From: a virus
Virus record (IMG/VR): IMGVR_UViG_3300010430_000017
Span: 1-64,000 of that record
Reading direction: 5' to 3' (one strand)
Length of the DNA: 64,000 nucleotides
The translations under genes were made by a program, and so were the position numbers. Positions 1 to 10,814 of the stretch are shown piece after piece; position 1 is the stretch's first letter; each line of letters opens with the position of its first letter. A model generated the notes under the pieces. It had not been told where the DNA came from and did not search any database. It saw nothing but the letters and a program-made list of their open reading frames with translations.

Positions 1-44
1 ATAAAATAGTAAATAGTGTCACAACCCTTGAGAAAAATATCAAT

Positions 45-3000
45 ATGCTCAGAGAGAGTTTTGAATCCTTTGGAAAACCTCAAAGCTCTCCGAGTAAACC
101 TCTTAAAGATACAGAACAAGCAGCAGCTGCTTTAAATAAAGGTGTCTCCGAGCTTAACAAAGGACTAATTAACTCAACGCAATTTGCTCTCAGGTACGGG
201 AAAGCTCTTAGTGAACTAAAGTCAGAGACTAAAAGTTCATATGGTGAGAATCTCAAGTACGAGAAGAGTATCCTTAGTGCTGCTGAAGCTGTAAAGAAAT
301 CAAATACAGCAATCAGAGAACAAGAAAAAGCCATTAAAGCTTCCGCTACTGCTGCGGATAAGTTGGCAAAGCAACAAGCAACGATTAATACTGCTACTCA
401 GAAACTTAAAAGAGGTGTTTCCGAATTAAATTCTGGGCTTATCAATTCAACACAATTCGCACAAAGGTACGGTGCTGCCCTTAGTACCGTTAAAAAAGCT
501 GTTAGGGACACCACAGGTGAGAATAGATCATATGTTGATTCTTTGGAGAAGACTTCCAAAGCTCTGGATGACGTAAGGAAGAAGGAACAGCAATTAGAGA
601 AACAAACCTCCACTATGGGGAATACATTTAAAACAGTACGTGCCGCTGCGATTGGGTATGCAACTGTACTGGCTACGATGGAACTACAACAGTTTGTTTC
701 AGATACCGTCCAGGCGGGAATAGCACTTGACTCCTTGAATAGAAGTTATGCTGCAATAACAGGAAATAGTAAAGCCGCAAGAGAAGAGATTAGTTTTGTG
801 GCTAATACAGCAGAAACCCTTGGTCTTAGATTAGATACCCTTGAAAACTCATATAAAGGTGTTATCGCAGCGTCTAAAGGGACATCCTTAGAGGGAGAAA
901 ATGCAAGAAAGATATTCTTAGCTATAAACAAAGCTGCTGCTGTTTTAGGAATGTCCGCTGATGACACTGAAGGTTCATTGAGAGCATTAACTCAGATGAT
1001 CTCCAAGGGAAATATTCAAGCAGAAGAATTAAGAGGTCAATTAGGAGAACGCCTTTTTGGAGCCTTTCAGAAAGCTGCTACTGCTATGGGAGTAACAACC
1101 CAGAAGCTAAATGATATGCTTAAAAATGGGGAAGTTATTGCTGAAGATTTTATCCCAAGATTCGCGAATGTATTAGAGAATGATTTTGCTGCTGCCGCTG
1201 TTTTGGCTGGTGATAGAGTAGAAGCATCTTTTAACAGGATGTATAATGCAACAACCGAGTTCCAGAGATTACTTTCGTCCTCTGGTATCATAGCAACCCT
1301 ACAATTAATGGCAGATGAAACAACAAAATTCTTAAGGTCCCTTGATCCAGAGAAGGTAAGAACTACTGTTGTAGTTTCTGTAACCACTATTGCTGATGCT
1401 ATTGCTATCTTGAAGAGGACTGTGGAGGTTGCTTTCAAAGGTATAGACATCCTTTTGCAAGAGATGAATGTGTTGTTTTGGGAATTATCTAATACGATAA
1501 TTAATGGCCCTATAATGGCTTTACAAAGTCTTATAGACCTGTACAACAAAATCCCTTCTCTGCCTGAAATTTCTCTCCCTAAAGGATTAACAGATTTTGG
1601 TGAGGTAGTAACGGAACAAACAAACTTAGCGAGAGAAGCAGCGAGGATTGCGGTTGTAGATTTAGGGGAGATCCTGACAAGGCCCCTCCCAAGCAGTAAA
1701 ATTATAGATTTAGTTACACAAACAGTTGCATCCTTGGACAAAATAACCAAGAAGTCACTAAAGAGTAATCAAGAACAGTCCAAGAAACTCACGGATGCTG
1801 AGAAGATGAGGTTGAAGGAAATTCAGAACTCTTTAACGGATATCTCTCAAGCAGAAAGTTTGCTACTCAAAATAAAAGAATCCGGTCTTGCACTTGATGC
1901 TAAAGGTCTTTCTCTTATGGACCAACTTAAAACTTTAGTAAGTAAGAGAACAAGCCTTGAGGATGAGTATAAAAAGATTAAAGGGGAATCATCTTCCAAA
2001 GAGTTGACTGCAAACGATAAAGTAATCAAGCAATTACAAAGTATCCTAAAACTCTCTAAAGCCGAGGCCGCACAACTTGAAAAGAATCTTAAGTTACAAG
2101 CTTCTCAGGGCAGACAGGCAGCAGATCTTTTAGAAAATATTAAAAAATCAGGTATCACTCCAGTTGGCGAATTGGCTGATCAAGTAAAACAGTTAGAAGG
2201 TTTTATAACCAAAGGACAAGCAGCAGCAGAGAAATTAGCTAAATCAACAGGTGATTCTGCACAAAAATCAAAGAATAATTTTAATGACTTAACCAACGCA
2301 ATAAAAGATAATGTAAAAGAACAAGAAAAAGCTCAGAAAGCATACGAAGACTTCCTCTCTGACATAGAAGATGAAACCTCCGATGTATTCAAAGGAATCT
2401 TCGACGAAACTATAGATGACTTCAGTGATTTCACTGATAGAATGTTTGATATATTCCTCAGCATGCTTGCTGATATGGCAGCTAAAGCTATTGCTGAACC
2501 GATCATTGTGCCTATTGTCCAAGGCATTGGTGGGTATTTTGGGGTATCTACTCCCGCAGCCCCTGGTGGTAGTGCTGTGAGTAGTCTCTCTGCGTTGTCC
2601 AATATCCCCGGATTTGATTCAGTTACTGGGTTCTTGGGGAGTACAGTTCCCGGAACTGGTGTAGCTTACCAAGGGCCTGGTATTGGTGCTGCTGTAACAC
2701 AACAAGGTGGTATTTCTTACGGAGATGTCCTTGGTTATGGTGCAGCAGGAAGTTTAGGTTATTCTTTATTAGGTGGTGCTTTAGGGCTTCCTCAGTCAGA
2801 ATTCTCTGGACTAACTTCAGGAGCAGGTGCAAGTCTTGGTGGGTATTTAGCTGCTGGTACATCAATTGGTGGTCCTGTGGGAGCAATCGCAGGAGCAGTT
2901 ATTGGAGGTGTTCTTGGTGGATTATTAGGTGATGAACCCACACCTCCGAATATCGGTATTGGTGTAACTGGCTCTCAGCAAGGTAATCTTAACCAAGGGC

Positions 3001-6000
3001 AGATCCTCGGTTCCGATGTATTTGATTTTGTAGCGGATATTGGTGGTGTTGGTACACAAGAAGCTAAAGATTCAATATCCAAGATAACTCTTGATTACTT
3101 CAACACAGTATTTGACAATATTAATGATACACTTGAATTGGACGTTAATCAAGCCCTACAGAGCACTTCTCTTAATATTGATGTCAAGGCAAGGGATAGA
3201 TCAGAAGAGGCCATACAGGAAGCATTTGACTTACTTGTGACCCAATCCTTTGAAACCTTAAGAGAGCCTTTACTGGACCAACTTGTATCTCCTGATCTCG
3301 GGGGTGTGTTCAGTGAAGATTTCTTCAAAGGAATCCAAACACAAGGTGAGAATCTTTTTGACACATTTGTTAGATTCGGTTCCATAGTACAAGATACTGA
3401 TGGGTTTGTTGAGGAGTTCACAAAGAGAACTGAGGGGCTTGGTCTTTCTGCTGAGAAAGCATTCGAAGAGATTAATACCATCAACACAGTTCTTGGAACT
3501 ATTGAGCAAAGTGTCGAGGGTTTTGCTAATACTTCAGTTGTTGGTTCGATCAATGCATTAACTGATAATTGGGCAGCATTGGTTGATACTCTTGAGGATG
3601 CTAATGCAAGTACTGAACAATTAACAAGAGCGGAGACTGTAAGGAATGAAGCTCTTGGTGCTTATCTTACTGGTCTTACATCACAGAGTATTTCTCAACA
3701 GTTAACTACAGGTAGTGTTGATTTTGGTACTACTATCAGACAACAATCACTTAATTTATTTGCTGCACAAACAGCGGAGACAATCTACAGTGATTATATT
3801 AGTCAGATCAATGAAGAAGTAGGAAAGATATTTACTGAGTCCGGTAATGATATTCAGACTGTTGTTGATTATTTCAATACACTGGATCTCTCCGCTCTTG
3901 ATGAAGTCGAAGATGAGTTCAATAAAGCTGTTGAAAGCTTTAAGGACTTGAGCAAAGAGATTGATAAGTTCAACGAAGCTCTTGACGAGACTATCTCATC
4001 CAATCTTCTTACTGATTATGAGCAATCTCTTGCATCTCTTAATTCCTGGTACGAAGAACAAAAGAAGACTGCGGAAGATCTTGGTCTTTCTCTTGGTAAA
4101 GTAAATGCTGCTTATGAAGTGCAACTCAGGAATCTTGAGAGACAAAGACAACAGACAATAGCTGGGTCTCAAGTAACTGTTAATGAAGCAACAGGCGCTA
4201 CTACTGATGTTAATACTCTTCTGAAAGCACAAGGCATCTTTGATACTCAGGTATCAAGTCTGTTCTATCAGATCCTGAAGGATGGTATTACAGAAGAAGA
4301 ATTACAAGGTGCTCCTGGGACATTCGGTAATCTTGTAATTAAAGTGGATAAGAGTGCTTTAGAAGATCAATTACAAAGTGCTGAGAGTTCTTTGTCCAGT
4401 GCTTACGAGAGCATTGTTAATGATGCCTTTACTCAGTTATTTGGGAGACAAGCCGCTGCTGAAGGTCTGAAGTATTGGACTGATGCTTTAAGGACTGGTG
4501 AAGTAGATTTCGCCAATCTTGTTCCATCTCTTGTAGCGGGTACTGGTGGAACAGGCACTGATTTTGATGCTTATATAGCTTCCGGTATAGGCAATACAAT
4601 AGACCAAGCTTCTTTGGTCAGTAACCTCAACAGTGCTATAACAGATGTTGAGTCATTATCCGAAGCCCTTAATGCTTTACCTGACACACAGCAATTCGAT
4701 GGTGTAGCAACAGCGGTATCCTTACTTACAAGCCTTTATCAAGAACAAGAAAGTGCTGTTAAGGACTTAGCTGATGAGCAAGACAAGCAGAACCAAGAGA
4801 GTGCTGATAGAGCAGCTGAGATAGCTGCTGAGAGGTACGCTCTTGAAACAGAATTACTTACTCTTGAAGGTGATACTGTAAAACTCAGGCAGAGAGAAGT
4901 TGAAGCTCTTTTTGAATCAAACAGAGAACTAAAACAGCAAATCTTTGCCTTGCAGGATAGACAAGCAATAGAAAGTCTCCTGGAAGCTCCTAAATCCTAT
5001 ATTGAGACACTTGGTCTTACTGAGTACGAGAATGAAGTTAAGTCAATAAGGGATTCCGGTGATACCTTAATTGATAATCTCATGAAGTTGGGGGCTACAG
5101 AAGAAGAAATTGGTATAGCAACTACTTATATTATTCAACAGCTTGATCAGTTGGAGCAGAGTTTTAGGGAATCTGAGTTTAATGAAGCTGCGGAAGCTTA
5201 TAGAGAAGGTTTAATTAAGGAAAGAGATATCCTTGAAGGTAATCTTTCCACAGCAAAAGAGAATTATTTGTCTTTGTTGAATGAAGAACTTTCCTCGCAA
5301 GAAAGCTTAGTCTCTGGTTTGGAATCCGCTGTTGATAGTATTAAGGATTTCAGGGACGAGATTGACTTCGGGAGTTTGTTTGTCGGTACAACCGAACAAT
5401 TACAGAGATCCTTACTTGCTGAAAGAACAAGCCTTTTATCTTCTGTTACAAGTGGTGATACTGACTCCATTTCTGACTTAATATCAGTATCAGAGGATTA
5501 CTTGGGTGTTGCTCAGTCCTCTGCTAAAACGGAACTTGAATATGCTATAGAAGTTGCTAAGACTAATATCCTGATGTCCAATCTGGAAGGAGAACTTAGC
5601 AATCAACTCACTGAAGCTGAACAGCAAGTTTCTTTGATGAAAACTCTTATAGCTGAAGTTGAAGGTACAGATGAGCAATTAAAGGATATTAATACAGCAA
5701 GAACAGCGTACGAGGATGCTAAGACTGACTTTGATAGTACTTGGTACACAGCGGAGATTGAGAAGTTGGATAAACTTCTTGATTCAAGCTTATCCCTTGA
5801 ACAATTGATGGCTAATTTTAACACAGCATCCAAAGAGAAGCTAACTTCTGATCCGTTATTTTCGGGCTTCACGCCTGGCCCTACTACTACAACAGGAAGT
5901 ATTTCAAGCCCGTTGCCGGATGTCTTTGAGTTATCTAAAGCAGTAACAGATAAAGCAAAACTCCAACCCGATGGGACTTATACTTTAGGAACTACAACTG

Positions 6001-6356
6001 GCATTGCTTGGAATGAATTACTACCGGAAGCTACTCAGAATTTTGATCAGTACAAAAGTGTTCTTGGTTTCAGAACCGGTGGTAGTTTTAAAGCCTCTGG
6101 TCCTGCGGGGACTGACAATCTGTACTATCCTCAGATGAGGGTATCCCAAGGCGAGATGGTGAGTATTTCCAAAGAAGATTCTCTTGAAAATGTTGCTTCT
6201 GAAATGACTGAGTTGGTTAATGAAGTGAAAGAACTGAGATCGGAACAAGAAGCACAGGCTATCGCTTTAGTAAAAGTCCTTGTAAATATTGACAATAATA
6301 CGGAATATTTGGAACAATGGGATGTAACAGGACTCCCTGAAGAAAGGACAACATAG
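45..6356 (+). CDS. Tail tape measure protein (5' end probably outside the window)
   Basis: 2103 aa, helical and Ala/Leu/Ser-rich; tape-measure motif ALTQMISKGNIQAEELRGQLGERL; Gly-rich hydrophobic stretch; reading frame is open back to base 3. Confidence 0.93.
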   Translation: MLRESFESFGKPQSSPSKPLKDTEQAAAALNKGVSELNKGLINSTQFALRYGKALSELKSETKSSYGENLKYEKSILSAAEAVKKSNTAIREQEKAIKASATAADKLAKQQATINTATQKLKRGVSELNSGLINSTQFAQRYGAALSTVKKAVRDTTGENRSYVDSLEKTSKALDDVRKKEQQLEKQTSTMGNTFKTVRAAAIGYATVLATMELQQFVSDTVQAGIALDSLNRSYAAITGNSKAAREEISFVANTAETLGLRLDTLENSYKGVIAASKGTSLEGENARKIFLAINKAAAVLGMSADDTEGSLRALTQMISKGNIQAEELRGQLGERLFGAFQKAATAMGVTTQKLNDMLKNGEVIAEDFIPRFANVLENDFAAAAVLAGDRVEASFNRMYNATTEFQRLLSSSGIIATLQLMADETTKFLRSLDPEKVRTTVVVSVTTIADAIAILKRTVEVAFKGIDILLQEMNVLFWELSNTIINGPIMALQSLIDLYNKIPSLPEISLPKGLTDFGEVVTEQTNLAREAARIAVVDLGEILTRPLPSSKIIDLVTQTVASLDKITKKSLKSNQEQSKKLTDAEKMRLKEIQNSLTDISQAESLLLKIKESGLALDAKGLSLMDQLKTLVSKRTSLEDEYKKIKGESSSKELTANDKVIKQLQSILKLSKAEAAQLEKNLKLQASQGRQAADLLENIKKSGITPVGELADQVKQLEGFITKGQAAAEKLAKSTGDSAQKSKNNFNDLTNAIKDNVKEQEKAQKAYEDFLSDIEDETSDVFKGIFDETIDDFSDFTDRMFDIFLSMLADMAAKAIAEPIIVPIVQGIGGYFGVSTPAAPGGSAVSSLSALSNIPGFDSVTGFLGSTVPGTGVAYQGPGIGAAVTQQGGISYGDVLGYGAAGSLGYSLLGGALGLPQSEFSGLTSGAGASLGGYLAAGTSIGGPVGAIAGAVIGGVLGGLLGDEPTPPNIGIGVTGSQQGNLNQGQILGSDVFDFVADIGGVGTQEAKDSISKITLDYFNTVFDNINDTLELDVNQALQSTSLNIDVKARDRSEEAIQEAFDLLVTQSFETLREPLLDQLVSPDLGGVFSEDFFKGIQTQGENLFDTFVRFGSIVQDTDGFVEEFTKRTEGLGLSAEKAFEEINTINTVLGTIEQSVEGFANTSVVGSINALTDNWAALVDTLEDANASTEQLTRAETVRNEALGAYLTGLTSQSISQQLTTGSVDFGTTIRQQSLNLFAAQTAETIYSDYISQINEEVGKIFTESGNDIQTVVDYFNTLDLSALDEVEDEFNKAVESFKDLSKEIDKFNEALDETISSNLLTDYEQSLASLNSWYEEQKKTAEDLGLSLGKVNAAYEVQLRNLERQRQQTIAGSQVTVNEATGATTDVNTLLKAQGIFDTQVSSLFYQILKDGITEEELQGAPGTFGNLVIKVDKSALEDQLQSAESSLSSAYESIVNDAFTQLFGRQAAAEGLKYWTDALRTGEVDFANLVPSLVAGTGGTGTDFDAYIASGIGNTIDQASLVSNLNSAITDVESLSEALNALPDTQQFDGVATAVSLLTSLYQEQESAVKDLADEQDKQNQESADRAAEIAAERYALETELLTLEGDTVKLRQREVEALFESNRELKQQIFALQDRQAIESLLEAPKSYIETLGLTEYENEVKSIRDSGDTLIDNLMKLGATEEEIGIATTYIIQQLDQLEQSFRESEFNEAAEAYREGLIKERDILEGNLSTAKENYLSLLNEELSSQESLVSGLESAVDSIKDFRDEIDFGSLFVGTTEQLQRSLLAERTSLLSSVTSGDTDSISDLISVSEDYLGVAQSSAKTELEYAIEVAKTNILMSNLEGELSNQLTEAEQQVSLMKTLIAEVEGTDEQLKDINTARTAYEDAKTDFDSTWYTAEIEKLDKLLDSSLSLEQLMANFNTASKEKLTSDPLFSGFTPGPTTTTGSISSPLPDVFELSKAVTDKAKLQPDGTYTLGTTTGIAWNELLPEATQNFDQYKSVLGFRTGGSFKASGPAGTDNLYYPQMRVSQGEMVSISKEDSLENVASEMTELVNEVKELRSEQEAQAIALVKVLVNIDNNTEYLEQWDVTGLPEERTT
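141..480 (+). repeat. Two-copy repeat in the tape measure N-terminus (273-nt period)
   Basis: GVSELNKGLINSTQFALRYG at 141 and GVSELNSGLINSTQFAQRYG at 414. Confidence 0.85.
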
Positions 6357-7417
6357 TGAAAATAATTCCTCCTACGGATATAACGGATGCTATATTAATA
6401 GAGACAAATATCGATGATGTAGTATCCGTTGTTTGGAACTCAGGGACTACTTATTCCAGTGGTGATGAAGTTTATATTGCCACTGGAACTAAGAGGGATA
6501 TTTATGAATCCCTTCAGGATACAAACCTTAACAAAGATCCCACAACTGAAACTACTTGGTGGAGATTCAGGTCCACTACTTACGAAGAATATAATGCAGG
6601 TACTACTTATGCTCTTGATGATGTAGTAATAGATAATACTACTCACAAGGAGTACCAATCACTGCAAGCAAGTAACACAGGGAATGCCCTTACTGATACT
6701 GCTTGGTGGATAGAAAGAGGCGCTACAAATGCTTGGAGAGTATTTGATGAGAAAGTAGGAAGTCAGACACAAAGAACGGGTTCGATATATTATAAATTGG
6801 AGCCGGGATTACTCGAAGGTGTAGCATTCTTTAATGTAAATGCATCAACTATACAGGTCATTGTAACTGACCCAACGGATGGTGAAGTATATAATAATAC
6901 TCTTGAATTAATCTCCACTGATAATGTGTTCGATGGTTACACTTACTGCTTTAATCCAATCATTAATAATACAAGTGCAGAAACCACGGACTTACCTCCT
7001 TATGGTACTGCTACTGTTGAGATAATCATATCAGGAGCAACTGATACCTCAACAGTCTCTTGTGGGGAGATTGTAGTAGGAAGAGTTCTGACTTTTATGG
7101 AATCAGTTGAAAGAGGTGCTGATTTTGAGATTAAGGATTTCAGTACCAAGACACAGGACATCTTTGGTAATTTCTCCGTAACAGAAAGAGCTTTTTCAAA
7201 TAAGACAAGTTTTGATCTAATGCTTGATAACTCGCTTGTGCAATACTTAAAGAATACTCTTGAGCAATACAGAGCAACACCTCTTGTTTGTATTCCAACA
7301 GAAGGGAATAATTTAGCTGGAGTATTACTTGTTTATGGGTACTACAAAGATGCGAGAGTGACCCTTCAATACCACTCTCGTTCTGTATTAACAATTAGAT
7401 GGGAAGGACTTACATAA
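6356..7417 (+). CDS. Tail protein (distal-tail-like) with two CBM5/12-like repeats
   Basis: Follows the tape measure with a TAGTG overlap; repeats WNSGTTYSSGDEV..YESLQ..WW and YNAGTTYALDDVV..YQSLQ..WW. Confidence 0.7.
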   Translation: MKIIPPTDITDAILIETNIDDVVSVVWNSGTTYSSGDEVYIATGTKRDIYESLQDTNLNKDPTTETTWWRFRSTTYEEYNAGTTYALDDVVIDNTTHKEYQSLQASNTGNALTDTAWWIERGATNAWRVFDEKVGSQTQRTGSIYYKLEPGLLEGVAFFNVNASTIQVIVTDPTDGEVYNNTLELISTDNVFDGYTYCFNPIINNTSAETTDLPPYGTATVEIIISGATDTSTVSCGEIVVGRVLTFMESVERGADFEIKDFSTKTQDIFGNFSVTERAFSNKTSFDLMLDNSLVQYLKNTLEQYRATPLVCIPTEGNNLAGVLLVYGYYKDARVTLQYHSRSVLTIRWEGLT

Positions 7418-8118
7418 TGCCAATAAATACTGACTTAGAACCCGTACCCTCAAGACAAGACCCAGATAATTTTTCTGCGTATATGGATACTTGGTTATCC
7501 AAGATTAGTACTTGGACAACTGAAGCTAATAGTACTGCTGCTGATGTTAATTCGGATCAGATTGCTGCTTCTACTTCAGCAAGTAATGCTGCTACTTCAG
7601 AAACAAATGCAGAGGCAGCAGCTTCAACAGCATCAAGTGCTGCTAATTTTGTTGGTGCTTGGAGTACACTAACAGGTGCATTAGATATCCCTGCGAGTGT
7701 CCTGCATGAGAATAAGTACTGGAATCTTGTTCAGGATATTGCTGATGTAACAACAATAGAGCCAGGAACTAATAGTGCTTACTGGAAAGTAGATGGCTTC
7801 GAGGATGTTAATGATCTTGGGACTATCAGTACAAATACTACCATTAATGTAGGGGACGGAAATGTAGTTGAATGCACAATTGCAGGGGATCTTACCTTTA
7901 CATTCTCGGGGTTTGTAGCAACAGGCACTGCGGATTATCTTACTATTATTATGGAAGCTGCTGGTGATTACACAATCACTTGGCCAGCAAGTGTTAAATG
8001 GAATGAGGATACTGAACCTACTTGGAGTTCCAGTGGTAATAGAGATATTGCGTTCTTTGTGACTATTGATGGTGGGACAGCACTCATGGGGAGTAAACTC
8101 TACGAAGGAGTTGCATAA
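7417..8118 (+). CDS. Tail fibre or baseplate-associated protein
   Basis: TAATG overlap puts the start at 7417; Ala/Ser/Thr-rich linker; C-terminal ITWPASVKW...DGG motif typical of tail proteins. Confidence 0.65.
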   Translation: MPINTDLEPVPSRQDPDNFSAYMDTWLSKISTWTTEANSTAADVNSDQIAASTSASNAATSETNAEAAASTASSAANFVGAWSTLTGALDIPASVLHENKYWNLVQDIADVTTIEPGTNSAYWKVDGFEDVNDLGTISTNTTINVGDGNVVECTIAGDLTFTFSGFVATGTADYLTIIMEAAGDYTITWPASVKWNEDTEPTWSSSGNRDIAFFVTIDGGTALMGSKLYEGVA

Positions 8119-10196
8119 TGGCCCTTAATGATTGGCTTAAAATGAAGCCCGTAGTTCCTGATCCTGGTGCTGAAGCTACTTCATTCGACGGGAGTAATGA
8201 TTACTTATCTCGTTCCAGTGACTTAACCGGGAATACTGATAGTAAGACTTTTACTTTTAGTTGTTTGGTTTATGTAGGTAATTCCGCTGCTACTGCTTAT
8301 CTTTATAACTCAACGGGAGGGAAAGTTGTTTTTTCATTCACAACATCTCAGTTAGATATAAATTTAAAAAATACTGTAGGAACTACTATTTGTTTACTTC
8401 GCAGTACAAATATATCCACAGGTAAAATATATGGTACATGGGTTAATTTACTTGTATCAGTTGATTTAGCTGCCAGCACAAGTCATGTTTATATCAATGA
8501 TAATAATTTAACATTAACCACAGAGACATTAACGAACGATAATATAGATTTCACTCAATCGGATCATTGGATTGCTGGGCTGCAAGGCATTACTTCTAAT
8601 AAAGGCCGGCTATCCTATCTCTTCCTCGATTACACATACAGGGATCTCTCAATAGAATCCAACCGCAGATTGTTCATTACCGCTGATCTTAAACCCTCCA
8701 TGGATCAGAAATCCCTAAACCCAATCATAGGCATGTCAATGACAGACTACACCACAGCGCATATCAATGATTTCGGTACTGGTGGAGACTTCATACAAAA
8801 TGGTGTTCTTGATCAAGCTCAACGAGGACCCAATCAGAATAACTGTGTTGCGAGTGAGTTTGATAGTACAGACTCACTTTCAAGGAGTGCGAGTTATTCA
8901 TCTAAAGTTTTTACATTCTCCTTTAATTGTATGGCTGTAGGTGCGTCGCCTATAATTTTTTCAACCACAAGTAATCATTCATTTATTCAATACAGGAACG
9001 CAGATAATAAGATAAGAGTATATTTAGCTAACTCATCTAATACAACAATCTTACAGTTAGATATAGTTAGTGATACTTCCTTGGATAGAAACACTTTCAT
9101 TTCTATCTCTATTGATATGGACGCACAAGTTAATTGCAGGGCTTTTGTAAATGGGGTCGATAGGTCGGGCTATATGAGTTTCTCCCTTTTTTCTACTGGT
9201 CAAACTATCGCCCTGGACACTGAATTGTATATCAGAAATGATACAAGCAGTGCAGTGATTGGGGAGTTTTACTTAGACGATTCTTACACAGACCTCTCAA
9301 CAAACAACCCCTTCTGGGACTCGGAGAACAATCTCCCAAAACCAGTCAGACAAGTCCTCGAAGAAACAGGAAGCACACCATTGATCGCTATGCCAATTTC
9401 CGCTGATAACCCAGGTGAGAATCTTGGTACCAGTGGGGATTTTACTTTGAATGGTGGTGGTCTTACTGGTGCGCGAGGTGGTAGTGAGTTTTGGTCAAGG
9501 AGTGCAGCGTTTGATGGTAGCACTGGGTATTTAACTACTCAAACATTAACTAACTTAGCCGACAGTGATACAGTAACAATTGCTTTTGCAATTAAACAAA
9601 CTTTTGTTGCTAATAAACATTATCTAAATTTCTCCTTCAATAACGGTGGTTTTCCAGACAGTTCATTGATCTTTTTTGATGAAGATTTTACTTTATTAAA
9701 TGCCAGTGGAGTTACAAGGTATACATTGACATCATTAGGATTAAACAACACGGATTGGAATATACTTCTTTTTAGCGTCAATGTAGGGACAAGTACGCAA
9801 AATGCTTATCTTAATGGTGCCTCCAAAACAGGGTCTTTCTTGAACTCCGGTACAATACCCTTTGGGAGTACTACAGATATAGGTATTGGTGCTTTAGTTA
9901 CTACAAATAGTGGTTCTGGGGGGACTGTTGCGAATTATGTCAATGGTGATATTGGTTTTGTTTACTTCACTACGGACTACATAGACTTCTCGCAAGAAAC
10001 AAACCGTAATCTCTTTGTCGATCAACTCGGATACCCCAAGGACCTCAGTAAACAGATAGAGAATGAACTAATCCCGGAACCATTAATCTACATGCCATTT
10101 GATGACCCTGATAATCTCGGGAATAACCTCTATGGTTCGAACTTCACTGTCAATGGGACCGTTACCCCAGGTTCCGACGTTGATCCTAACGCATAA
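8118..10196 (+). CDS. Putative receptor-binding protein with three LamG/concanavalin-like domains
   Basis: Motifs FDGSNDYL and FDGSTGYL; three modules ending GTGGDFIQNG, GTSGDFTLNG and YGSNFTVNG. Confidence 0.7.
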   Translation: MALNDWLKMKPVVPDPGAEATSFDGSNDYLSRSSDLTGNTDSKTFTFSCLVYVGNSAATAYLYNSTGGKVVFSFTTSQLDINLKNTVGTTICLLRSTNISTGKIYGTWVNLLVSVDLAASTSHVYINDNNLTLTTETLTNDNIDFTQSDHWIAGLQGITSNKGRLSYLFLDYTYRDLSIESNRRLFITADLKPSMDQKSLNPIIGMSMTDYTTAHINDFGTGGDFIQNGVLDQAQRGPNQNNCVASEFDSTDSLSRSASYSSKVFTFSFNCMAVGASPIIFSTTSNHSFIQYRNADNKIRVYLANSSNTTILQLDIVSDTSLDRNTFISISIDMDAQVNCRAFVNGVDRSGYMSFSLFSTGQTIALDTELYIRNDTSSAVIGEFYLDDSYTDLSTNNPFWDSENNLPKPVRQVLEETGSTPLIAMPISADNPGENLGTSGDFTLNGGGLTGARGGSEFWSRSAAFDGSTGYLTTQTLTNLADSDTVTIAFAIKQTFVANKHYLNFSFNNGGFPDSSLIFFDEDFTLLNASGVTRYTLTSLGLNNTDWNILLFSVNVGTSTQNAYLNGASKTGSFLNSGTIPFGSTTDIGIGALVTTNSGSGGTVANYVNGDIGFVYFTTDYIDFSQETNRNLFVDQLGYPKDLSKQIENELIPEPLIYMPFDDPDNLGNNLYGSNFTVNGTVTPGSDVDPNA

Positions 10197-10205
10197 GGAA
10201 ATAAT

Positions 10206-10796
10206 ATGAATCAAATATACGCTCATGTAATAAACAATGAAATCAAAGCCTTGAACATCAGGCGAGGAAGTTCTTTTAAAGGAAAGAAACTCGGAGCTAA
10301 ATCTTCCGATGAGACATACGCAAGTATGAACCTCTTTCCTATTGTTGGTGCAGCACCTGAGTACAACTCCAAAACTCATACAGTAAGTGGTCCACAGTAC
10401 ACTTGGGATTCCGATACTAAGCTTGTAACTAAGGATTACACGTTAAGTGAAATCTCTCTTGAGATTCAGAAACAAAATAAACTAAAAGAACTTCATGAAT
10501 ATAGAAAAAAGATTGAGTTCGGCGGATTTACCCTCCCTAATGGTACATTCATTAATACTGATAAAGAAGACCAAAGAAAAATAGATGGGGCTGTATTGGG
10601 ATGCCAGAACAATCCAGATGTTATTATAAATTTTAAAACATCCGTGGGTTATGCCCAATTTGATTCAGTAACTATGATCTCCATTGGTCAAGCTGTCTTC
10701 AATCATATTCAAGCTTGTCATACCAGAGAGATGGAATTGACAACAGCAATAGATAATGATATTAATACGGATATAACAACTGGTTGGCCCGTATAA
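10206..10796 (+). CDS. DUF4376-like tail fibre assembly protein
   Basis: Position after the fibre; motifs INTDKEDQ..I, AVFNHIQAC..RE and terminal GWP. Confidence 0.7.
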   Translation: MNQIYAHVINNEIKALNIRRGSSFKGKKLGAKSSDETYASMNLFPIVGAAPEYNSKTHTVSGPQYTWDSDTKLVTKDYTLSEISLEIQKQNKLKELHEYRKKIEFGGFTLPNGTFINTDKEDQRKIDGAVLGCQNNPDVIINFKTSVGYAQFDSVTMISIGQAVFNHIQACHTREMELTTAIDNDINTDITTGWPV

Positions 10797-10814
10797 TATT
10801 AATAAGGAGAGATT

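Noticed and set aside
80-6248. Many minus-strand ORFs opposite the tape measure gene and other long genes
   Set aside because: Antisense shadows of codon bias, with no RBS or recognisable motifs
8118-10796. Diversity-generating retroelement target
   Set aside because: No reverse transcriptase and no adenine-specific TR/VR repeat pair seen in the window
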